A DNA stretch of 64,000 nt from a virus, in the IMG/VR virus record IMGVR_UViG_3300027714_000011, positions 1 through 64,000 of that record. One strand, 5' to 3'. The notes under the pieces were generated by a model that worked only from the letters and a program-made list of their open reading frames with translations, was not told the DNA's origin and did no database searches. A program made the position numbers and the translations under genes. This document shows positions 56,619 through 64,000 of the stretch, piece by piece (within the stretch, counting starts at the first letter, position 1; each line of letters starts with the position of its first letter).

Positions 56619-58448
56619 ATGGCAGAATTAAAATTTTTAAGTAAAATTAAAACTAGTGCGGAGGCTATTAGATCCGATGCTAGAACTTATATTTCTAGGG
56701 TCTATGGTAGAGCAAACACACTGTTTACATCTGCATCTCCGTTTGCACAGATAGTTAATGTTTTAGCTGAAATGATGGATCTTATAATGTTCTACATAGA
56801 AGATTCTGTTGTAGAGCAGAATATTTATACAGCACAGCAACCGGAATCTATATATGGTATGTCAAGATTAACAGGCCACGATGCTACTAGAGGTTTTGCA
56901 TCTACTGGTGAGATTGAATTTAGGTGGAAACCAGGTGCAGATATGGTTAAAATAGCGGGTTCTACATTGAATATTGATGGTAGAGCTAAACTTAAATTTG
57001 ACATTAATGGATTAACATATACTTTGTTAAATTCTGTCGATGCATTTAAATTAGAAAAAAGTAATTTTAATTCATTTAAATCTGCAATAATTCAAGGTGA
57101 ATTTGAATCTCAAACTTTAACATCGTCGGGTGAGAAATTACAATCATTTAACGTTAATACAAGCGGGCTTACTGATCACAGTAAAGTCAGCATCAGTGTT
57201 AATGGAGAACTATGGACAAAACACCAATCTTTATATGATTTAGGTGCTAATGAAAAAGCATATTTAATTAAAACAGGAATTAGCGGTGGTTTAGATATTT
57301 ATTTTGGAAACGAAAGTTTTGGAATGGTGCCACCTGAAGGTGCTACTATTGTTGTTGAGTATGTCAAACATGTTGGAATGTTAGGAAACTTAGATGACTC
57401 TCCTGATTTAACTATTAAATGGGATGCAAAAGGTAAAGATTCTGTTGGAGTAGAACATGATCTAAATGAATTTTTAGATGTTACAATTTCGTCATCGCCT
57501 AAAATGGGAGGTGATAGAGAAAATACTCAGTTTACTAAGATAATGACGCCAATGGCCAGTAAATCATTCGTCTTAGCAACTCCAGATAATTATGAATATT
57601 TCTTATCTAGATACAATATGTTTTCATATATAGATGCATATAATACAACAAATGATCAGTATTTAGATGATGATAATGTAATTTATATTTTTGCTGTTCC
57701 AGATATTAATAAGAAACTAGCTAAAAACCAAGATTATTTTAATATTCCACAAGAAGAAATGTTTTTTGATCAAGGCGAATATGATGCAATGCATAAAGTA
57801 ATAGAGGACAGTGGACAACAAATGGTAACTACTGAAGTTGTTTTCGTGAAACCTCAAATTAGGAAATATAGCATGGATATTAATATTAGATATTTTGAAG
57901 GTTATACTAAAGAAGAAATTTACAATTCTGTTAGAGGTAAAGTTTCTGAATATTTATTAAATATTACTAGAAGAGATAAGTTGCCTAAATCGGATATCAT
58001 CTATATATTAGAAGAGATACAAGGCATTGATGCTGTGAATATTAAGTTTATTTCGGAAACTGAAGAAACTGCTAGAAGACTTGGTTACTATGAATCTGTT
58101 AATGTTAGTGTAGTTCCACAGGAACCAGTAACACTAGAAACAGTTGGGAATGGAAAGCAAAAATACGTTTTCTTTAAGAAGATTGAAGATGTTAAAGTTG
58201 TGAAAATCGATGAAACATCTAGTATCCCCGAAGATATTAAAGGATTAGATCAATGGGGTGACATTATAATGGAGAAAGAAGAAGTTGCAGTATTTAGAGG
58301 TGGATGGGAAGATAGAGATGGAGATGTTATAGAGGACGACGTATTAATAAATACAGAAGCTGCTATTAGTATAAACTTTGAAGCACAACCGGTTCCTAAA
58401 ACTATTTACACTAGAGTACAGGCCGGAAATAGAAGAGCACTTAAATAA
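56619..58448 (+). CDS. Baseplate wedge protein gp6-like
   Basis: IYTAQQPESIYGMSRLTGH, DIYFGNESFGMVP, GGDRE..., VLATPDNYE. Confidence 0.8.
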   Translation: MAELKFLSKIKTSAEAIRSDARTYISRVYGRANTLFTSASPFAQIVNVLAEMMDLIMFYIEDSVVEQNIYTAQQPESIYGMSRLTGHDATRGFASTGEIEFRWKPGADMVKIAGSTLNIDGRAKLKFDINGLTYTLLNSVDAFKLEKSNFNSFKSAIIQGEFESQTLTSSGEKLQSFNVNTSGLTDHSKVSISVNGELWTKHQSLYDLGANEKAYLIKTGISGGLDIYFGNESFGMVPPEGATIVVEYVKHVGMLGNLDDSPDLTIKWDAKGKDSVGVEHDLNEFLDVTISSSPKMGGDRENTQFTKIMTPMASKSFVLATPDNYEYFLSRYNMFSYIDAYNTTNDQYLDDDNVIYIFAVPDINKKLAKNQDYFNIPQEEMFFDQGEYDAMHKVIEDSGQQMVTTEVVFVKPQIRKYSMDINIRYFEGYTKEEIYNSVRGKVSEYLLNITRRDKLPKSDIIYILEEIQGIDAVNIKFISETEETARRLGYYESVNVSVVPQEPVTLETVGNGKQKYVFFKKIEDVKVVKIDETSSIPEDIKGLDQWGDIIMEKEEVAVFRGGWEDRDGDVIEDDVLINTEAAISINFEAQPVPKTIYTRVQAGNRRALK

Positions 58449-58729
58449 TGGGATTATTCACAAACTTACTTGGCTATAAAGTAGCAAAGCGATATGATTT
58501 TTCAAAAACTAGGAAAGACGAAAGGCTTAATTCTGGTTTTAATTATCAGGATTTGGAACCAGGTGGATTTTTAGGAAGATCATTGTCTGGTCATATTCAG
58601 AGAAATCAAACAATACAACATTTCTTAATATTTCTTGATGACGCAATCAGAAATTTACTGAAAGGTGTAAGACATCTTAAAAATTATAAAAATTATACCG
58701 TCAAAGAAGACGATAAACAAACTAGATAA
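58448..58729 (+). CDS. Hypothetical baseplate-region protein
   Basis: 93-aa coupled ORF. Confidence 0.6.
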   Translation: MGLFTNLLGYKVAKRYDFSKTRKDERLNSGFNYQDLEPGGFLGRSLSGHIQRNQTIQHFLIFLDDAIRNLLKGVRHLKNYKNYTVKEDDKQTR

Positions 58730-61473
58730 TGTACGATAATTTAAGATTTTTTAGAGGGTTAGAATACGATTTAAATTTCGAGAAAGATGTTCTTGATGTT
58801 TGGAAAGGTACTGTGCATTTACCTGAAGTTTCTGAAGGGCTTTATGAAACTGTTAATCTTTTTATATTAGAGGAATCAATTTTTAAAGGAGATCCTAATA
58901 TAAACTTTCCAATAGCGGAAGGCTCAGGTAATGAGAGTTTCGTATTTGAGTGGGAAGAGAATAACAGCAGAAACAGTAAATCTATTATATTATATGACAT
59001 AGATCACACTGGAAATATACCTACTATCAAAGAAGTAAAATCGCGTTCAGTTGATTTATTAAATATTACACATGTTGATTCTGTAATTGACGGAGTTAAA
59101 CACGTAAACATACAAGATAATACTGCTATACAACTTAACATAACTCTTAATTCTAAAATACCGGGTTCACACGCTAGAGATTTAAATTTATACCATGTAG
59201 CAGACAGTGTTAAAACATTAGTTGCCACTATAGAAATATATGGAGAGGTAGTTGCAGAAGACGAAAGACTTAAGTTTTTATTACAGAATTTCGGCGCTAC
59301 TTTATCTGAATCTGATTTTATGTTATTTAAAGATCATGATATTAGTGAAATGTCACCTGATCATATTCTATTAAATAGAAAAAGAAAAGAACTTCTCTTA
59401 GAGTTACATAACATTAAACCATTTATTGGAACGTATAAAGCCATATTGAATGCAATAGATTTCTTTGGTTACGATAAACTTACCCTAAAAGAATACTGGT
59501 TAAACATTGATAACAGTGTTAAGAATTTTGGTAAATTATTTGCAATTCCAGTTCCACATTCTTCAGTTAGAGGTGAAAACACTAGAAAGAAACTAGCATT
59601 TAAACTACCTTCTAGTACTATGAAGAAAACTAGTAAGTTTAGTTTAGTATACAGATTGAATGAACCTAATGGAACGTTTGATCAATGGGATATACCTAAT
59701 GTAACTGAATCGTTTGATTATACACCGGAAGAAGTTTTAATTAAATTATATGGATTAAAGGCTAAGTTACAAAAAGAGTACCTGCCATTACAATCCAGAA
59801 TTATAGATATTACCGCTGAAGGCGATTATTTTACACAAAGAAACATAAATATATGGAACGTTCAAAATGGCATAGACTTTTTTAGTGAAGGTCATACTAT
59901 TAAATTTGGGACTGTTCCTAATGATAGACAGCTTTACATTGAAGATCTTTCAATGGTACTAAAGTCTATGATGGATCAAAATGACGATGCTAGTAATTAC
60001 ACAACATTCTTAAATTTAGGAATAGGTAATGAAGACACATTGACTACTATACAAAGAACTGAACTAAAATCTATTTTTAATAAATTTTATGAAACGTATC
60101 ATGATAGGGAATTACATTCATATAATCAGAATATTCCAATTGGTTGCCCAGTTTTATTAGACGGTACGGAGTCATTTGACGATATATGGGACGAGGCTAA
60201 ATTTACATGGGAAGACGCACATGATCCTAACTCTAATCTTTTGATTACATGGAACGATTGGTGGAAAGTATGGGTTTATGAAATAGAATGGGTAGTTACT
60301 AACAAAGATGGGAGCTATGATCAGACATACAGAGGTGCGATTGATGACTACTTGATATTACCACTGATATTACCATACGAAGGCTTATATGACGTAGAGA
60401 TGAGAACATATGATCTATTTGGACACAGGTCACACTATAGGACAAAGGATATTATTGACGTTAAATTAAAACAATTAGAATTATACGGCATGTATAAGTG
60501 GTTGGGTGATTTATCATGGTCAAGTAAAAAACTTTCATGGGACAAATCAGGTGGATATTGGGATTCTCCTCAGGATAATAAAACTGAAATAGATGATGCT
60601 ATAGCAACTCTATACCTAACAATGGACAGGGCAAATTATATTCATTTTGAAGAAGATCAAGGTATTAGATTTTCTACGGTTAGAAGATACTTAGATATTT
60701 ATTCTGAAACTGCATATAGCGAAACTACTGGACCATATGTTTGGGATGAATCAACATTTAAATGGACTGACAGTGAGCATTTAGCATGGGATTATATGAG
60801 AGTAGGGCCAGATTTGGCATCTAGTTTTAAAATAAATGACATTGAGCAATATGATACATTGGTTATAACTTATAAAGATCCTATTACGAAAGTTATTTCT
60901 ATAGGTGAACATAAAATTCTCAATATGACGCCAACAACCATTAATGATATCAATGGTTGGACTCAAATAATGGATGAGTTAAACTCAAGTTTAGATCCTA
61001 TTATTAGTAAATTTAATTTTAATGCTGTATTTGAAGATTCAGATGACAATGACATTAGCGATATATTTAAATTCATATTAGCAGTTGGCTGGGAATATTC
61101 AAAAACATATGATTTTGAAGAGGTAACTATTACAAAGATTAATCCAGCGTCTAATTCTAATATTAGTGGAGAAGTACATGTACAACATTTTAACCCAACA
61201 TGGGATGATACTGTGATATTTAGTGATTATGCAGAAGTAGAAAGATCAACACACGTTACAATTTCTACAGATATTTCTAAGTTCCCTGGTAGTAAAAATG
61301 CCAAATGGACCATCACTAATATAACTAACCCAAAAATCACTGATATATACTATAATAATATGTGGCTTACGTACATTTTTAAAGAACCTGGATACTATTC
61401 AATTCAATTAGAAGCGGAAGACACTAATGGCAATAAAAACCTTGTAAAAAGGAACATGTTAAAAGTAAAATAA
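58729..61473 (+). CDS. Large baseplate wedge protein (gp7-like) with PKD-like C-terminus
   Basis: IGTYKAILNAIDFFGY motif; YIFKEPGYYSIQLEAEDTNGN. Confidence 0.55.
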   Translation: MYDNLRFFRGLEYDLNFEKDVLDVWKGTVHLPEVSEGLYETVNLFILEESIFKGDPNINFPIAEGSGNESFVFEWEENNSRNSKSIILYDIDHTGNIPTIKEVKSRSVDLLNITHVDSVIDGVKHVNIQDNTAIQLNITLNSKIPGSHARDLNLYHVADSVKTLVATIEIYGEVVAEDERLKFLLQNFGATLSESDFMLFKDHDISEMSPDHILLNRKRKELLLELHNIKPFIGTYKAILNAIDFFGYDKLTLKEYWLNIDNSVKNFGKLFAIPVPHSSVRGENTRKKLAFKLPSSTMKKTSKFSLVYRLNEPNGTFDQWDIPNVTESFDYTPEEVLIKLYGLKAKLQKEYLPLQSRIIDITAEGDYFTQRNINIWNVQNGIDFFSEGHTIKFGTVPNDRQLYIEDLSMVLKSMMDQNDDASNYTTFLNLGIGNEDTLTTIQRTELKSIFNKFYETYHDRELHSYNQNIPIGCPVLLDGTESFDDIWDEAKFTWEDAHDPNSNLLITWNDWWKVWVYEIEWVVTNKDGSYDQTYRGAIDDYLILPLILPYEGLYDVEMRTYDLFGHRSHYRTKDIIDVKLKQLELYGMYKWLGDLSWSSKKLSWDKSGGYWDSPQDNKTEIDDAIATLYLTMDRANYIHFEEDQGIRFSTVRRYLDIYSETAYSETTGPYVWDESTFKWTDSEHLAWDYMRVGPDLASSFKINDIEQYDTLVITYKDPITKVISIGEHKILNMTPTTINDINGWTQIMDELNSSLDPIISKFNFNAVFEDSDDNDISDIFKFILAVGWEYSKTYDFEEVTITKINPASNSNISGEVHVQHFNPTWDDTVIFSDYAEVERSTHVTISTDISKFPGSKNAKWTITNITNPKITDIYYNNMWLTYIFKEPGYYSIQLEAEDTNGNKNLVKRNMLKVK

Positions 61474-61486
61474 TAAAACAAATAAA

Positions 61487-62053
61487 ATGGCAAACATTAC
61501 TGAAATTTTAGGAACTGACTCAGTTTCTTCATCGAGACCAATCATTAATAGTAACTTTGAGTTATTAAATGATGAACTGGCATCGGTTACTGCATTACTA
61601 AACCCAACAACACTGACATTGAGTGGAATTGCTAGCATTACTACTGCTTCTTTAGTAGTTGCGGTCGCTGGCACAAACTTATTCTTAGTAAATAGTTTAG
61701 GAGCAACAATGAACACGCCTGCTACATTTAGCGGTTCTTTAACAATTGGAGAATCATTATTGAAAAGCGGAGTTTTAGGTTCGGCTGCAGTACCAACAAC
61801 ACAAGTTACACCAACTTCTGTCACCGCTACTACATATTTTGTAAATGCAAATTTCACTCTACCTGAAGCAACTGATGGACAAGAGGTTACTGTTATCAAT
61901 GTCGACGGGGATGCTAAATCAATATTAGCTGCAGTCAACGTAACACTTGCAGATACTTCTGTAGCGTTAAATGGTACAGGTTCTACAGTGACACTGAGAT
62001 GTTTTAACAACACATGGTATGTTATATCGTCTCACAAAGTAACAATAGTATAA
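61487..62053 (+). CDS. Probable short fibre/baseplate structural protein
   Basis: DSVSSSRPIINSNFELL N-terminus; TLPEATDGQEVTVIN...WYVIS C-terminus. Confidence 0.6.
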   Translation: MANITEILGTDSVSSSRPIINSNFELLNDELASVTALLNPTTLTLSGIASITTASLVVAVAGTNLFLVNSLGATMNTPATFSGSLTIGESLLKSGVLGSAAVPTTQVTPTSVTATTYFVNANFTLPEATDGQEVTVINVDGDAKSILAAVNVTLADTSVALNGTGSTVTLRCFNNTWYVISSHKVTIV

Positions 62054-62072
62054 AAATAAACTTAAAGAATAG

Positions 62073-64000
62073 ATGGCAACTCCTCTAGTTAGAATACCGC
62101 AGCCAATGGGCGGCACAATGTATGCTTTCGCATCTTCAGCGAGAGATATGACTAGGGCCTTTAACAGTTCAGATTTAAATTTTGAGTTTAGTAAATATGC
62201 TTTATTAGATCTTCCAGATTTTACTGATTCAGTTAACGGCTCTAACACAATAGATTTCGAAACAACTCTTAAGCAACCCTCGGGACAATCATATGTCGCT
62301 GGAATGCCTAATGTTGATTTCGCTCAAACATTTCAGAATTATGCCCTAAACCTAGAAGAGCTTCTATTAAAGGACGATGACTATGATCCAATTATTTTAC
62401 AGTCGGATGCTGAAAAGATATTTTTTAAATGGATGTCTTCATTAGGTGCTGTAGATTTTATAGCTGCAGATTCTAATCAAACACTTGTTGGTAATTATAC
62501 TGAAAAGGTTAACGGTACTTTAGCGAGTGAGAATTATGATAGAATTGTAAAGTACTTAGGAACTATTGATGTAGAAAATGATGTGGCATACCAAGGTAAT
62601 GCATACCATGAAGTTTATATTAATGTACCAACTTCTGTTGGATACACACCTACTATTTTATTTAAACCAACAAACTATAATACAACAGCAACCAAATTAT
62701 ATGCTTCTGATTATATAGAGGGCAGAGAGGGTCAAACACACCCTGACCCGAACATTAATATTGATGCAGTTGTTGATGATTATACGGTAAGCAGTGGAGC
62801 ATTTTACGATATACAAACTAATGCAACAAACAGTGTTGGAATTCAATTTGATTCTAGCGCATATGAAGAAATTAATAATAGCACTGATGTTAAATCTCTT
62901 TTAGATTTTGCTAAAAAAGGTCAAAAGTTTAGTTTTAACGCAGTTCTTGTTTACTATGATATTTATAGTGAATCAGTCTCTGCAAACAGAGCGACTAACT
63001 TATACGGTATCTTGATATTAGATGATATTCAAGATGCATATGGTCCAGGTTCTAAAATTAATGAACAATCAAAGTTTAAGCCAAATGAAGTAACAGGTTT
63101 AAATGGTAATGCATTCTCGTTAAAATTAAATTTAAAATTTAATTCATCACTTGATAATGTAGGTGTAGAAACATCAATTAATGATTTTACTACATTTTCT
63201 ATGGATTTATTCATGGACACTACTACTGCATTAGAAAACGCAACAGAATTATTATTACAAGCAAATAATAGATACTCTAAAATTGTAGATAGATTAGATG
63301 CCATAGAAACTCTAACATCTTCTAGTGACAATACTGCAAACATTTTAAATAGATTATTTGCTTTAGAAGAAGATTTTCAAAACGCATCTGTTCAGTTGGC
63401 CGATTCTAACTCTTTATTAGAGTTAATTACAAAGGCGCATAATAAGATCAATAATTTAATTGATGGAACCATTCCTGTAGAATTACAATATAACACAGAT
63501 GTTTTATTTGCAGGTAAAGGTACAGAAGTTGACAAATCTATTCCTAATAAAATAAAAATTAACAGTACGGTAGACGGATATAAGTTAAACACACCATATC
63601 TTTGGAATATGGCTGCAAAAGCAATTGCGACGCAGTTATCTACTGATGTGCAGTTTGATTCAGGTGTCGCTGGAAACGGATCATCTAAATTCGCAGTTTG
63701 GACTAGACTTGAAATATTCACAAATAGATTAAGTCTTAAAGGATTAATCTCTTCTGATCCTGAAAGTAATCTTAATATATACATTGACGACAGTTTAGTT
63801 GCTTGGAAAAGTGGACAGACTTTTAAAATTACATTTGATCCAATCAATATGTCTGGCAATAATATTAAAATATGGACAGGAGCAACAACAGGCTTTAATC
63901 AATTAATAGCAGATATTGATTCAACACAATTAATAACAAATAAACCATATATTGAAGTAGTGTGTATTGATTCCACTAACTATCAATTTGAAGCAGATAT
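62073..64000 (+). CDS. Large structural protein, truncated by window end (not in ORF track)
   Basis: ATG 62073 (MATPLVRIPQPMGGTMYAF...); same frame reads ...YQFEAD at the window end. Confidence 0.75.
   Translation, partial: MATPLVRIPQPMGGTMYAFASSARDMTRAFNSSDLNFEFSKYALLDLPDFTDSVNGSNTIDFETTLKQPSGQSYVAGMPNVDFAQTFQNYALNLEELLLKDDDYDPIILQSDAEKIFFKWMSSLGAVDFIAADSNQTLVGNYTEKVNGTLASENYDRIVKYLGTIDVENDVAYQGNAYHEVYINVPTSVGYTPTILFKPTNYNTTATKLYASDYIEGREGQTHPDPNINIDAVVDDYTVSSGAFYDIQTNATNSVGIQFDSSAYEEINNSTDVKSLLDFAKKGQKFSFNAVLVYYDIYSESVSANRATNLYGILILDDIQDAYGPGSKINEQSKFKPNEVTGLNGNAFSLKLNLKFNSSLDNVGVETSINDFTTFSMDLFMDTTTALENATELLLQANNRYSKIVDRLDAIETLTSSSDNTANILNRLFALEEDFQNASVQLADSNSLLELITKAHNKINNLIDGTIPVELQYNTDVLFAGKGTEVDKSIPNKIKINSTVDGYKLNTPYLWNMAAKAIATQLSTDVQFDSGVAGNGSSKFAVWTRLEIFTNRLSLKGLISSDPESNLNIYIDDSLVAWKSGQTFKITFDPINMSGNNIKIWTGATTGFNQLIADIDSTQLITNKPYIEVVCIDSTNYQFEAD

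Noticed and set aside
61459-63859. Minus-strand ORFs near the window end
   Set aside because: Antisense to the 61487 gene and to the long + strand ORF starting at 62073
1-64000. Stop-codon recoding as in Lak or some crAss-like phages
   Set aside because: Code 11 gives intact full-length genes, and TAG or TGA end genes at sensible positions (305, 21646, 27386, 28061)
1-64000. Bacterial chromosome origin suggested by clpP, dnaJ, rpsU, S1, rnhB and phoH
   Set aside because: These genes are interspersed with baseplate, neck and fibre genes and phage-type promoter motifs on a single strand, without bacterial operon context

Overview
AT-rich, densely coding, all-plus-strand segment of a jumbo (T4-like/myovirus-type) bacteriophage read in the standard code. 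A Bacteroidota host is likely (inference from a Bacteroidota-type bS21, A-rich leaders without Shine-Dalgarno sites and a TAnnTT(A)G-like early promoter). Order: end of a Clp ATPase, a T4 gp42-like dCMP hydroxymethylase and ClpP (1-2.2 kb); a fibre/appendage locus with two collagen-like proteins, glycosyltransferase-like genes and two giant Thr/Ser-rich proteins (3.4-21.6 kb); auxiliary and early genes (exonuclease, DnaJ, bS21, PhoH, RNase HII, NT5C, PNK phosphatase, UvsE, dCMP deaminase, DinG-like helicase) mixed with probable internal-head proteins (21.6-44 kb); and a baseplate/neck module that also carries an S1-like protein and an amidoligase (44-64 kb). Main discovery: the Thr/Ser-rich proteins at 13419-17054 and 17094-20222 are reverse-complementary at the amino-acid level. 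Read antiparallel with i+j=1026, about 200 aromatic and basic/polar anchor residues pair class-to-class over 935 residues with one exception by hand count. The register runs up to the cleavage site of an intein-like Hint domain, where the partner's N-terminus would sit. This suggests a self-registering, possibly ligated, beta-ribbon fibre roughly 300 nm long. Family assignments come from motif recognition only; no searches were run.
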